DNA of 64,000 bases from Candidatus Woesearchaeota archaeon (GCA_016185945.1 JACPMR010000002.1:10999-74998); one strand, 5' to 3'. Counted from the stretch's first letter, positions 9,985 to 20,140 are shown. Notes: generated by a model from the sequence alone, not told the origin. Made by a program: numbers and translations.

Positions 9985-10590
9985 TCAGTTGACAACCCCC
10001 CTCTCCTCCAGATAATGCCCTAGCTTTTCTTTTTTTGTTTTTAGATATCTTTTGTTGATTTTAGTAGGTTTTATTATAATTGGAACTCTTTCAACAATCT
10101 CCAAGCCGTATTTTTCAATGCCTTCAATTTTTCTAGGGTTATTGGTTAATAATCTTATTTTTGACAATCCTAAATCAGCAAGAATCTGCGCTCCTATAGT
10201 ATAATCCCTCGCATCTGCCTTGAAGCCGAGCTTTAAGTTTGCCTCAACCGTATCCATGCCGTGATCCTGCAAGTGATAAGCGGCGATCTTGTTCATCAAA
10301 CCGACTCCCCTGCCTTCCTGCGCCATGTAAAGAAGAACTCCGCCTTGCTTTCCTATTATTTTAAGAGATTTCTCAAGCTGCGTGCCGCAGTCGCATCTTA
10401 ACGAGCCAAGCGTGTCTCCTGTCAGGCATTCTGAATGCACTCTGACGAGAACATTTTTTTTGCCTTTTACGTTGCCCTTGACAAGGGCAAGGTGCTGTCC
10501 CTTGTTGCAGTCCTCATAGCAAATAACCCTGAAATTTCCGTATTTTGTAGGAAGATTTGCTTCGACTGTTTTTCTGACAAGTTCTTTCAT
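9985..10590 (-). CDS. ribA: GTP cyclohydrolase II (bacterial RibA type)
   Basis: [10 protein letters not shown]...RCDCGTQL zinc motif and EGRGVGL. Confidence 0.85.
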   Translation of the reverse strand: MKELVRKTVEANLPTKYGNFRVICYEDCNKGQHLALVKGNVKGKKNVLVRVHSECLTGDTLGSLRCDCGTQLEKSLKIIGKQGGVLLYMAQEGRGVGLMNKIAAYHLQDHGMDTVEANLKLGFKADARDYTIGAQILADLGLSKIRLLTNNPRKIEGIEKYGLEIVERVPIIIKPTKINKRYLKTKKEKLGHYLEERGVVN

Positions 10591-10669
10591 AGAAAACGCA
10601 ATTTTATGTTTTTATTTAAACCTTTGCAAAAACTTAAAGTTTATATACTAGAATAACATTACAGCAATT

Positions 10670-10846
10670 GATGCAAATAAACAAGACAATTTTAGTGGGA
10701 ATTTACGTAATTATTGGGCTTTATTTCCTGTACAGATTATTGTTTAATAGAAACCCTTATCAAGAAGAATATGAAAGATTATACAATGAGATTCTGACTT
10801 CGAAGAAGTACAAGGTAAAGGGGCAGTATGACAGGGAAGAGTGATT
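10670..10846 (+). CDS. small single-pass membrane protein (58 aa), not in ORF track
   Basis: ATG 10670 to TGA 10844-10846. One hydrophobic helix ILVGIYVIIGLYFLYRLLF followed by a charged tail. Confidence 0.3.
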
Positions 10847-10913
10847 TCTATAGAAAGATTTAAATAAACTTATAAAGTTTAATGCATTTTTGGGGTAGGT
10901 TGAAATCAGACAA

Positions 10914-12203
10914 TTGATTGCATTTCTATTGCTTATAGCTATTATTCTTATTGGTTGTGCTGAAAATAAAACTGATACTGGAAAGACTATTCCAACTGCT
11001 CAGGTAGTCGCGAGTAGCGAAAAAATTGCCAACAATGTATCAACTCCTGAAAAGATTAAACCGAAAGTAGAAACAAAGCCAAAACAAGTTGAGATTAAAA
11101 AAAAGCTGGCAGAAGAAGTGCCAAAAAACAAGACGACTGCTACAATATACGACCTCAATAAGTTAGAGGATGATATAAACAATGTAATGGGAAGCTTGTA
11201 CAGGTTCCACAGAGATCCCACACATACAAATTATGTTCGCTCGAATGAGTTAAAGTACTATGTAATAAACGTGATTCCTGATAAGAAGGAATTTATCAAA
11301 AATTCCGAAGATTTCTGCATGAAATATTGTGCAGAACACTGGGATGGCTGGAAGTACTTCTTTAATATGAGCAGTTTTAATGCTCTAATCCCTCTTCTAG
11401 GAAAGGAGAATTTCTCGACAGATCAGCAGTATAACGATTATACAAAAGAGGTTATATTTGTCAATTTCACTGTAGAGGAGAACGTTTTTGAATTAGAAAA
11501 TGGAAAAGTTCTGGAATACCAAGCATTGCCTTGGATACAAACACCATTCGGATACTTTGAAGGCGCCTATGAGGACACTTTGCTGATTTACAAGATTTAC
11601 TGCACGCCAAACTTAACCATTTTTATAAGACCAAAATGGGATATTTTTAAAGTGTCATTTCCAGCAGCCAAATCTGAGGATGTGTACAAAACATGGTTAA
11701 ATTATATCTATCCTATACGGAAAGAATTACTTAACATGTCCAATGAACTTCTTAGGAAATGCAATGTAAAAAAAGAATTTTTTGATACCTATCCCTTTGA
11801 AAGTTATTATAAATCTGAAGTGTTGACAGTACACTGGCGCCCGTACCTAAAATCTTTCTTGAACTTATCAAGAAATGTGAGCATCGGTGTAGAACCCTTT
11901 TCTAGTGTTGGGGAGCTGGTGTTAAAGGAAATCAATGTTTCATTTATAAATCATGAAGAGTTTGAGTTATATGGTTTGTCTCTAAGAATTATAGTAATCC
12001 CTGATGACATGCCTGAAGTTGTTTATTATGACAATCCATTTACAAATTATCTTGCACAGGGTAAAGCTTTTAGCAGGAGTTTCAGCAAAGACGTTAAATT
12101 TACAGACAATCTAAAGATTGATGTTGTTTTATATACAACTGAGCAAAAAGGAGAAATTAGACCCTTAGAATTAACTTACTCCAGAAAAGATTTTGTAAAG
12201 TAA
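10914..12203 (+). CDS. secreted/lipoprotein-like hypothetical protein
   Basis: N-terminal LLLIAIILIGCAEN (signal peptide plus lipobox-like Cys). 429 aa. No recognisable catalytic motifs. Confidence 0.55.
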   Translation: MIAFLLLIAIILIGCAENKTDTGKTIPTAQVVASSEKIANNVSTPEKIKPKVETKPKQVEIKKKLAEEVPKNKTTATIYDLNKLEDDINNVMGSLYRFHRDPTHTNYVRSNELKYYVINVIPDKKEFIKNSEDFCMKYCAEHWDGWKYFFNMSSFNALIPLLGKENFSTDQQYNDYTKEVIFVNFTVEENVFELENGKVLEYQALPWIQTPFGYFEGAYEDTLLIYKIYCTPNLTIFIRPKWDIFKVSFPAAKSEDVYKTWLNYIYPIRKELLNMSNELLRKCNVKKEFFDTYPFESYYKSEVLTVHWRPYLKSFLNLSRNVSIGVEPFSSVGELVLKEINVSFINHEEFELYGLSLRIIVIPDDMPEVVYYDNPFTNYLAQGKAFSRSFSKDVKFTDNLKIDVVLYTTEQKGEIRPLELTYSRKDFVK

Positions 12204-12216
12204 TAACATGATCTGG

Positions 12217-12483
12217 TTAGTTTGTTTTAAAGAATCTCAAACCAAAAAACAGCCAAAATAAAAACAAAACTAATGAAAGTAATGTAATAAACCAAACAAA
12301 ATTCTTGTCGTTGCCGAAGCCGAATGGTATAGGGCCGATAAAGCCGCCTACTGCAACTTTTGTTTTTGATGATGTTGATGTTTGCTTAGCAGCTAATAAA
12401 AAAGTTCCAATAAAAACTATGATAAAGCCGATAAAAATTAATAATATCCCTAAACTGATTAATTGTTCCATTTTGAAAGGCAT
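12217..12483 (-). CDS. small two-TM membrane protein
   Basis: 88 aa with two hydrophobic helices. Confidence 0.45.
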   Translation of the reverse strand: MPFKMEQLISLGILLIFIGFIIVFIGTFLLAAKQTSTSSKTKVAVGGFIGPIPFGFGNDKNFVWFITLLSLVLFLFWLFFGLRFFKTN

Positions 12484-12795
12484 GATAAGATAATAATATG
12501 CAAAATAGTACTTAAATATTTTCTATTTTTTAATTTATATTTTCCAGCCCCCAGTTTCCAGTATATACAAAAACCGAAAGATATATAAAGGTGTAATATA
12601 CAAAAAAGTATACTGGTATATCGAAATATAAAAAAGATATACTAGTGTATCAAAAAAGAGGCAAAACGCGCATGTCTTGGTGAACCGAGTGACTCGTCAC
12701 TCTTCCCAAGCTACGGCGCATTTGCTTGGAAGGCAAAGAAACAATCGCTTGTAGCCTTTGAAGAACTGCCTCTTTTTTGAGATTATAGGTGGAAG

Positions 12796-13056
12796 ATGCA
12801 TACTGAATTCGAGACATTCAGGGAAAATGTGGATTCTTGGATAAAGCAGATTAGAAGGGAGTTTACAGAGTTTTCTGACTTACCCAACATAGTAAATGAA
12901 AATACTGACAACATACAACACAATTATGAGTTAATCTATGAGTTAAAGGATGAGATTGAGGAATTGAAGCAGGAGATAAATGCCTTGAAATTAATCCAGA
13001 TAATAAGCCTGAAGCAGAAAATGGGGCAGAAAGCAGAAGAAACCCAGCAAACTTAA
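12796..13056 (+). CDS. small coiled-coil protein
   Basis: 86 aa with heptad-like ELKDEIEELKQEINALK. Confidence 0.4.
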   Translation: MHTEFETFRENVDSWIKQIRREFTEFSDLPNIVNENTDNIQHNYELIYELKDEIEELKQEINALKLIQIISLKQKMGQKAEETQQT

Positions 13057-13086
13057 AATATTGGAGTTCTTTTAAATCTTTAAATT

Positions 13087-13255
13087 TTCAATCCGTCTGC
13101 GACGCATTTTACTGCGCGTCGGCATTCTGATGTTGAGGAAGCATTCTTTTGTGCTCCTCCTCCGCGCCTATTTATTAAATAATTTCAGGCAAACTTTCCT
13201 GAGCTGGGTTCCCATTCCACCCTTGCTTTTGTTGGGAAGCGACGTTGATTGAATT
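13087..13255 (+). repeat. dispersed GC-rich element copy A (subfamily 1)
   Basis: TTCAATCCG, hairpin, conserved blocks cggcattctgatgtt / gtgctcctcc / cctatttatt / ttcctgagctgggttccca / tgggaagcgacgtt. Confidence 0.6.
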
Positions 13256-13301
13256 ATTTTTTTATGTTATAATTTTGAAAGAGTTAGTATTTTGTTGATT
13301 T

Positions 13302-13610
13302 TTAATCCAATTCACTAACTATTCTTTTCAATGCGTCGTCAACTGCAACAAATAGATTTCTATCTATAGCTTCTGAAGCATAAACTTTCCCATTGTCGAC
13401 AATCTTGACATGCACTTCATATTTTTCGCTTTTCTCTCTTTGGTGTATGGGCTTTAAAGTTACATGCAAAGACTCCATTTTTTCACATAATTCAGAAATT
13501 CTTTTGGCATGGTTGCCTATAATTTTCTTCAAAACTATCATTGAAGAGCTATCAATATCTCTGAAGCCAGTCAACTGGATATTGCCGCCAAGTCTTAAAT
13601 CGTCTTCCAT
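13302..13610 (-). CDS. ribosome hibernation-promoting factor / RaiA (S30AE) family-like protein
   Basis: 102 aa. The C-terminal half YEVHVKIVDNGKVYASEAIDRNLFVAVDDALKRIVSEL parallels E. coli HPF ATLHVNGGEIHASAEGQDMYAAIDGLIDKLARQL. The N-terminal NIQLTG parallels LNITGNN. Confidence 0.45.
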   Translation of the reverse strand: MEDDLRLGGNIQLTGFRDIDSSSMIVLKKIIGNHAKRISELCEKMESLHVTLKPIHQREKSEKYEVHVKIVDNGKVYASEAIDRNLFVAVDDALKRIVSELD

Positions 13611-14081
13611 GAGGCGCTATCTAATTTCAGGATTATAAAAAGATTTTGGTTTTGAAAATAAAAAAAGTTATTCAGAAGCCGGGTTTGCTTCCTTACTTTA
13701 GCCATTATTCCTTTCTATATAGAAGAAAAATAGATTTAAATCCTATTGATGATTTACAAAGTGTATTGTTCTAATTACGCAAGGTCAAAGGCTGCCTTCA
13801 GGGCAATCCAGCCAATATTTCGTACATTTTACCTATGGGAGCATAAGATGTTATAAAGGGAATAATAAAGTTAGAGTTATTCCAACTGCAGAATTAATTC
13901 AATTAGCTTCAAATCCAGATACATTAAAGCAATCGCTTGAAGAAAGATTATTGTTAAAAGGAGAGGAATTGGGGATAGTGGCTGATACTATAAGAGAAAT
14001 GTATGTGGATGGCTCATTGATTGCATATTTATAACTATTCTTGTATAAATATTTATATTATAGACATCATTACTTAGTAAT

Positions 14082-14378
14082 ATGAACATTGCCGATTTAG
14101 TTAAAGAACTTTTCCCAAGTCATGACTTAGACAGGTTAGAGAGCGCTAAAAATCCACGACAATTGTTCTTGAACTACATGGCTAATCTCCCAAAACATGC
14201 GATTAGGGGCGGAGCGCTTGGTGCCGTAATTGGCCCAGTTGTTATTCCATTGATATATGACTTCTTTGGTGTGGACTTATCAGGTGATCCTACTTTTGAC
14301 AGAGCAGGAGGCGCTTTTTGGGTTGCATTAATTGATATGGCACAATATGTTGCACGTGCATATAGATTTGCTAAATAA
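14082..14378 (+). CDS. hypothetical small protein with a Gly/Ala-rich hydrophobic segment
   Basis: 98-aa ORF. Confidence 0.35.
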   Translation: MNIADLVKELFPSHDLDRLESAKNPRQLFLNYMANLPKHAIRGGALGAVIGPVVIPLIYDFFGVDLSGDPTFDRAGGAFWVALIDMAQYVARAYRFAK

Positions 14379-14423
14379 AATATTGATTATCATTCACAAA
14401 GATAAAAATATAAATAGGAATAA

Positions 14424-15827
14424 GTGACAACTTGCATCATGGCTTTGGTTGAATCGTTTTCTGGAATTAGGGGCATATACGACAAGGACTTGACAGAAAG
14501 CATTTCTGTAAAATATGCACATTCTTATTTGACGTTTTTAAGGAAGAAAACGGAAAAGAATAATCCTACAATTGTTATTGGCATGGATACAAGGCCTTCT
14601 GGCGTTAAATTAAGCGATGCAATAATGGGAATTCTTGACTGCAACTTTATTGATGTGGGGATTGCCCCTACTCCTGCTGTCGAATTTGCTGTGAGGCACT
14701 TCGATGCGGACGGAGGGATTATAATAACAGCATCACATAATGAGCCATACTGGAACGGCTTCAAGTTTTTAAGCAGTGATGGCGGTATTTTAAATGAAAA
14801 AGAGATGAACTTGGTTATTAATGGTTCTAGACATTTACAAAATTTCCACAAGATACAAGAAAGAAGAATAGTGGAAAAAAACAAGGAAACTATTGAAAAA
14901 TATAAGGAATTTATTTATAGCATCATCGGCAAAGAAAATATAGCAAGAATAAAAGAATCAAGGCAAAAAATTGTGCTTGACCCAAATGGCGGAGCCGGAA
15001 TAATCGCAAAGAAATTTCTTGAAGACATTGGTGTTGAGGTTATTGGCGTCAACATGCAGTATGGCGAATTCAACAGGGCAGTTGAGCCGACAGAGGATTC
15101 ATTAATCTATTTGAAAAATATAATCGATGAAAACAAGGCAGATTTTGCTGCAGGGTTTGACTGCGATGCTGACAGGGTTGAGATTTTATTGAAAAACGGA
15201 CAACTTTTGTCAGGAAATTATATTCTCGCATTAATTGCTGATGACACACTTTCAGGTGCAAATAATCCTGAAAGACAAATTGTTGTTGTAAATGATGCAA
15301 CCTCAAATGTAGTTAGAGATGTTGTTAAAAAATTCGGCGCAAGAATAAAGGAAGTTGAGGTAGGCGAAACAAATGTCGTGCAGGAGATATACAAATCAAA
15401 AGCAATTGTTGGAGGAGAGGGCTCGAGCGGAGGAGCAATTATGCCACCTTCTAGATGCAGGGACGGGATTTTGACTTTGCTGGCAGTTTTGTCAATAACC
15501 GCGAAGAAAGACAAAAAATTGATTGACATAGTGGAGGAATTGCCGAAATATTACACATTGAGAAAAAAGATAGAATTTGATTCCAAAAAACATGATAGCA
15601 TAAAAAAATATTTAAAAGATTACTACTCGAAAAAAGGTTTTGAGATAGGGGAAACTGGCGGAATAAAAGGCGGATTGAAAATTATTACAGCAAAAAACTC
15701 ATTTGTATGGTTCAGAGCTTCAAAGACAGAGGGGAATGTCTTCAGGATAATAAGCGACTCTGACAAAAAAGGAGAGGCGGAAGGATTGATTGAAGAGGCA
15801 GTTAAAGTTTTCGAGAAAATAAAATGA
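14424..15827 (+). CDS. phosphohexomutase (phosphoglucosamine/phosphoglucomutase/phosphomannomutase family)
   Basis: GIRGI N-terminal motif. Active-site TASHNEPYWNGFK (SHN phosphoserine loop). Confidence 0.85.
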   Translation: MTTCIMALVESFSGIRGIYDKDLTESISVKYAHSYLTFLRKKTEKNNPTIVIGMDTRPSGVKLSDAIMGILDCNFIDVGIAPTPAVEFAVRHFDADGGIIITASHNEPYWNGFKFLSSDGGILNEKEMNLVINGSRHLQNFHKIQERRIVEKNKETIEKYKEFIYSIIGKENIARIKESRQKIVLDPNGGAGIIAKKFLEDIGVEVIGVNMQYGEFNRAVEPTEDSLIYLKNIIDENKADFAAGFDCDADRVEILLKNGQLLSGNYILALIADDTLSGANNPERQIVVVNDATSNVVRDVVKKFGARIKEVEVGETNVVQEIYKSKAIVGGEGSSGGAIMPPSRCRDGILTLLAVLSITAKKDKKLIDIVEELPKYYTLRKKIEFDSKKHDSIKKYLKDYYSKKGFEIGETGGIKGGLKIITAKNSFVWFRASKTEGNVFRIISDSDKKGEAEGLIEEAVKVFEKIK

Positions 15828-16681
15828 ACGAGACAACAAATGAAGGATTTATTGAAACACAAAAAAATCAAAGATTTTTTGTGCCCCAAAATTCTGAAAG
15901 AATTTTTAGGGAAATAGAATCTCAATTATTATCTGTACTATTCAATTACGCAATCCCGTTTATAGACAATAAAATAAAACAACCGCAAATAAAGCCAAAA
16001 CAACAAGCAAATAATTTAGAAAATATTGTCAATAACGCAAAGCCAAAAATTGATTTTGCAGATATTAAAGAGCTGGAAAAATTATTATTGCAAAATTTGA
16101 GCCGAAATGTGAAAGTAAGTAAAAAGGCAAGTTTGGACTCGAAACATGTAGTCTATTCAATAAATTTAAGACGGCAAAAATCGAAAAATGAAAAGTTAAG
16201 CAATTATTCGATATCTATAAAATACGAGGAAAATGAAAGTGGAGAAAAGTTAAGAGTTTCCGTCAAGAAAGACGGAAGGGAAGTTTATTCAACAGAAATA
16301 ACAGAAAACAAAGAGCAAAAAGACAAAATTGCTCCTTATGGCGTAGTAATAGCCTATGAAGATCGTTACGCAGAAGAAAGATTAACAATTACTTATAAAC
16401 AACAACTAAAAAATTACATGAAAAAACATGTTGAAGAAAAAGAAGATATGACTAATAGGGTTCCATTGAAATGGCTCAACATATTGCCTGAAACAATGAT
16501 GGGCGGAGTTCTTGGATTTACTTATTTGGGGGAAAACTTCATGGGCAGAAGAGCGGATTTAATAGGCAAAACTGCAAGAATGGTAGACATTCATGAAAGC
16601 ATACATACCCCTGATGAGTATGAAACAAGAGTTCTGACAAGCTGGATAATGGATAGGGTTAGGGGTAAGTATGTTAAGTAA
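15824..16681 (+). CDS. hypothetical protein with HExxH motif (putative metal-dependent hydrolase)
   Basis: MVDIHESIHTPDEYE near the C-terminus. K/N/E-rich N-terminal half. Confidence 0.35.
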   Translation: MNETTNEGFIETQKNQRFFVPQNSERIFREIESQLLSVLFNYAIPFIDNKIKQPQIKPKQQANNLENIVNNAKPKIDFADIKELEKLLLQNLSRNVKVSKKASLDSKHVVYSINLRRQKSKNEKLSNYSISIKYEENESGEKLRVSVKKDGREVYSTEITENKEQKDKIAPYGVVIAYEDRYAEERLTITYKQQLKNYMKKHVEEKEDMTNRVPLKWLNILPETMMGGVLGFTYLGENFMGRRADLIGKTARMVDIHESIHTPDEYETRVLTSWIMDRVRGKYVK

Positions 16682-16694
16682 AAATTGGTTAAAA

Positions 16695-17063
16695 TTAAGA
16701 AGTGACACGCCCTTCAATTCCGAACCTTTGAAGCAGGACCTTCAATTCATCTGGAGGGATACGCTGGTAATTTTCTACAACATTTCTGAGTTGCTTCCCT
16801 AGTTTGCTTCCACTATACCCAAAAATTTCTAGTACTTCGCTTAAAAAATCATCGATAGAAAGTTCGCCTTTTAAAACTTCTAAAGGGATAGGAGCCACAT
16901 TTCCATTTACTATACGTTCAATATACCCCTTCCTTCTTTTGTCAGTTGGTATTATCTCCACTAATCTTACCTCGCCGACCTGCCCATCATAAAGTACCAT
17001 CCCAGAATAAATATCGAGATGCGGCTGGTATATTGCCGGCTCCCCAACTTTGATGCCTTCCAT
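16695..17063 (-). CDS. hypothetical protein (small beta domain plus C-terminal HhH-like motif)
   Basis: 122-aa ORF. C-terminal GSKLGKQLRNVV...LLQRFGIEG. Confidence 0.35.
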   Translation of the reverse strand: MEGIKVGEPAIYQPHLDIYSGMVLYDGQVGEVRLVEIIPTDKRRKGYIERIVNGNVAPIPLEVLKGELSIDDFLSEVLEIFGYSGSKLGKQLRNVVENYQRIPPDELKVLLQRFGIEGRVTS

Positions 17064-17181
17064 AAGAATAAAATAAGGGTTTTATACTTATAAATTTTGC
17101 GTCGACGACAATTAAAACTGATTTAAAACCAGCAAAAATCCTGTTTTCAGATAAAAACCTTTAAATCCACTAATTGATTTC

Positions 17182-18474
17182 TTGACTTTCATGGCAAATG
17201 TGCACTTAATTACACAGGGATGCAGCAGCAATCTGAGGGAATCGGAAATAATGACTGGGCTGTTGCAGAATTCCGGCTATGAGATAGTTAATGATGAAAA
17301 TGATGCAGAGGTTAATGTAGTTAATATCTGCACAGTTAAAGGCGACACAACTGCCTTGAGGGAAATTAGAAGGCTGAAAAAATCAAATCCCAATAAAAAG
17401 CTGATTGTTGCAGGCTGCATAACAGAAAGCATTGTGCCGAAGATAAAGCAAATTGATGAAAATATAAGTTTTGTTAATACACATAATTTCGGAAAAATAT
17501 CGGCTGTTGTAGAGAATTTTTTAAATGGAACAATCCTTGAACTTCTGGACAAGAAATATGAGCAAAAAGTTAATCTGCCATCTGTAAGAAAAAATCCAGT
17601 TGTGGGGATAGTTCCTATCCTGAATGGCTGCAATTATTTCTGCACATTCTGCTCGACAAAACTAGTCAAGGGAAAATTGTTTTCCTATCCGATGTATGCA
17701 ATAAGGCAGGATGTCAAAGAGCATTTGAAAGCAGGCTGCAGGGAAATATGGGTTACATCAAATGACACTGGCGCTTACATGGTTGAGCAGGGCGGAAAGC
17801 AGAGGCTGGTAGAACTGTTAGAGCAGATTTTATCAGTGCCAATTGATTTTAAACTAAGATTGGGAATGTTGAATCCCGGCAACACAATGCCAATACTTAA
17901 TGAATTGATTGAAGCTTACAAGCATCCAAAAATGTTCAAGTTTTTGCATATCCCTATACAGTCGGGAAACAACGAAATATTAAAATTGATGAACAGGCAG
18001 TATAAGGCTGAAGATTTTATTAAAGTAGTTGAGGCATTCCGAAAAGAAATTCCGGAGATAACAATTTCCACCGACATCATTGTGGGGTTTCCCTCTGAAA
18101 CAGAGCAGCAGTTTGAAGATTCATTGAATTTGCTCAAAAAAATTAAGCCCGATGTTTTGAATTTGTCAAGGTATGCTGCACGGGAAGGGACCATTGCTGC
18201 TAAAATGAAGCAACTGGCGACAAACACCCTGAAGGATAGGTCCAGAATGATGACAAAAATTTATAAAGAAATCGCGCTTTCGAACAACAAAAAATGGGTT
18301 GGGTGGCAGGGCAAAATTCTAATTGACGAGAAAGGTAAAAATGATTCGTGGGTCGGAAGGAATTATTGCTATAAGCCAGTTGTGATAAAAGGAGATTTTA
18401 AGTTGGGAGATGAAATTCAAGTGAAAATAACGGATGCTACAAGCTTTGATTTGAGGGGAGAAATGTGGAATTAG
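17182..18474 (+). CDS. radical-SAM methylthiotransferase (MiaB/RimO/CDKAL1-like tRNA MTTase)
   Basis: N-terminal MTTase Cys cluster. Radical-SAM GCNYFCTFCS. C-terminal TRAM-like region. Confidence 0.85.
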   Translation: MTFMANVHLITQGCSSNLRESEIMTGLLQNSGYEIVNDENDAEVNVVNICTVKGDTTALREIRRLKKSNPNKKLIVAGCITESIVPKIKQIDENISFVNTHNFGKISAVVENFLNGTILELLDKKYEQKVNLPSVRKNPVVGIVPILNGCNYFCTFCSTKLVKGKLFSYPMYAIRQDVKEHLKAGCREIWVTSNDTGAYMVEQGGKQRLVELLEQILSVPIDFKLRLGMLNPGNTMPILNELIEAYKHPKMFKFLHIPIQSGNNEILKLMNRQYKAEDFIKVVEAFRKEIPEITISTDIIVGFPSETEQQFEDSLNLLKKIKPDVLNLSRYAAREGTIAAKMKQLATNTLKDRSRMMTKIYKEIALSNNKKWVGWQGKILIDEKGKNDSWVGRNYCYKPVVIKGDFKLGDEIQVKITDATSFDLRGEMWN

Positions 18475-18800
18475 AGAGAATATTATCTCCACAAGAATCG
18501 GAAGAAATTTGGGGATTGGTAAACTTGGGCACGATTAGGCACCATGCTGACGCAAGGGCAGCTAAAGAAACTGTCTATGAATTATTGAGAAGAATGTACA
18601 TTCTATCCAAAGCTATACATGATAGACAAAAACCACAAATAGGTATTATAAATATGGTGGCGTTCGATTCTGCTTTAAGAGAGTTAGAAATGTTGCCACA
18701 ATTTTCAAATTTCAGATCAAGACATCCTAATGCGGTTCAAATACTTAGACAAGCATATACTGTTATTCAAAATTATGTACTATCTCCTTCAACTCCATAA
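18465..18800 (+). CDS. hypothetical protein
   Basis: 111-aa ORF overlapping the MTTase stop by 10 nt. No motifs. Confidence 0.3.
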   Translation: MELERILSPQESEEIWGLVNLGTIRHHADARAAKETVYELLRRMYILSKAIHDRQKPQIGIINMVAFDSALRELEMLPQFSNFRSRHPNAVQILRQAYTVIQNYVLSPSTP

Positions 18801-19899
18801 ATTTATCCATTAAATTCAGCGCTTCTGCAACTGGCTTAAATGTGATATGCCCCTTGTATGTGTTGACACCTTTCGCGAACCCTGCATCATTTTCCATTGC
18901 ATTCTCGAATCCGTCATTTGCAAGCTTCAATGCATAAGGCAATGTGGCTGCTGTCAGCGCAATTGTCGATGTCCTAGGGTAAGCTCCCGGCATGTTGGTG
19001 ACGCAATAATGGGTTACTCCGTGCTTGACAAAAACAGGATCAGAGTGCTTTGTGGGCTTTGAAGTTTCTATACACCCTCCTTGGTCGATGCTGACGTCAA
19101 CAATCACTGAGCCGAGCTGCATTGTCTTTACCATTTCTTCTGTCACGACATGGGGCGCTTTTGCGCCTGTGACAAGGACTGCTCCCACAACCAAGTCAGC
19201 ATCCTTGATATGCTCTGAAATATTTTCAGGAGTGGAAAGCAGTATATGGGCTTTTCTCCCTATAAACTCTTTCAGGTTGTCCATTCTTTCCTGGTGCCTT
19301 CCAAAAACATAAACATTGGCGCCCATCCCATAAGCGGTTTTTGCAGCGTGCCTTCCCACAACGCCGTCTCCTACAACAACAACCTTGCCATAGAAATGCC
19401 CCATAACCTCGCCGAGCTGCATTCCCCTGCCATTGTTAAATTTCGCAAGATAGTAAGAGCCGATTGTGACAGCCATGTTGCCTGCAACCGCGCTCATAGG
19501 AGCAAGCAAAGGCAATCTGTGGTAAGCGTCTTCAACTGTCTCATATGCGATGCCTGTTGTCTTGTTTTTTAGCAATGCCTCTGTCAATGTTTTTGTGACT
19601 CCGGCAAGATGCAGATAAGTGAATAGAATCTGGTTTTCTTTTAAGAAATAGTACTCACTTTCCAGCGGCTCTTTTACTTTAAGAACAAGCTCCACATTCC
19701 AAGATTCTACAGTGCTTACAATCTTTGCGCCTGCATCTGCATACTCCCCATCACTGAATCCGCTGCCAATTCCTGCATTTTTCTCAACCAAAACTTCATG
19801 CTTGTGGGAAACTAGCTGCTTTGCTCCCTCTGGTGTCAGCGCAACCCTGTTCTCTTTGTCCTTTATCTCCTTCGGTACTCCTATTATCAATTGAATCAC
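18763..19899 (-). CDS. ald: alanine dehydrogenase
   Basis: N-terminal IGVPKEIKDKENRVALTP. NAD-binding VVVGDGVVG. 378 aa. GTG start. Confidence 0.85.
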   Translation of the reverse strand: MIQLIIGVPKEIKDKENRVALTPEGAKQLVSHKHEVLVEKNAGIGSGFSDGEYADAGAKIVSTVESWNVELVLKVKEPLESEYYFLKENQILFTYLHLAGVTKTLTEALLKNKTTGIAYETVEDAYHRLPLLAPMSAVAGNMAVTIGSYYLAKFNNGRGMQLGEVMGHFYGKVVVVGDGVVGRHAAKTAYGMGANVYVFGRHQERMDNLKEFIGRKAHILLSTPENISEHIKDADLVVGAVLVTGAKAPHVVTEEMVKTMQLGSVIVDVSIDQGGCIETSKPTKHSDPVFVKHGVTHYCVTNMPGAYPRTSTIALTAATLPYALKLANDGFENAMENDAGFAKGVNTYKGHITFKPVAEALNLMDKFMELKEIVHNFE

Positions 19900-19926
19900 C
19901 TTTTAAATTTTTAATTTGATTTTTTA

Positions 19927-20140
19927 TTATTTTAAATTCCAATCCGTTGCTTCGCAACATTAGTTACTGCTCGGCTTTCGCTCCCCTGCCAGTGACATGC
20001 GAGGCTCGCGAAGAGACTCGCTCGCCAGTCACCCGCTCAAGCCTCGCCTATTTATTTAATAAATTCAGGCAAACATTCCTGAGCTGGGTTCCCATATCAC
20101 CTAGGTAGATGCTGGGAAGCGACGTTTTTGAAATATTTTT
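19927..20140 (+). repeat. element copy B (subfamily-1 3' part, with a ~50-nt internal GC hairpin module)
   Basis: ttccaatccg GTTGC-TTCG-GCAAC. Internal module ccagtgacatgcgaggctcgcgaagagactcgctcgccagtcac. Confidence 0.6.

Noticed and set aside
12650-12790. Possible tRNA or other canonical RNA gene in GC-rich islands (also 8690-8790, 38150-38340)
   Set aside because: No 7-bp acceptor stem / T-loop (GTTCRA) pattern. No RNase P P4 (GAAAGTCC) or SRP helix-8 motifs. They are kept only as unclassified structured candidates.
13640-14040. Possible small ORF in the 13.6-14.0 kb spacer (…IRCYKGNNKVRVIPTAELIQLASNPDTLKQSLEERLL…)
   Set aside because: I could not establish a consistent frame with a start codon. 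Likely non-coding or needs a frameshift. Left unannotated.
19025-19572. Overlapping plus-strand ORFs inside the alanine dehydrogenase gene
   Set aside because: Fully antisense to a well-supported CDS. No start context.
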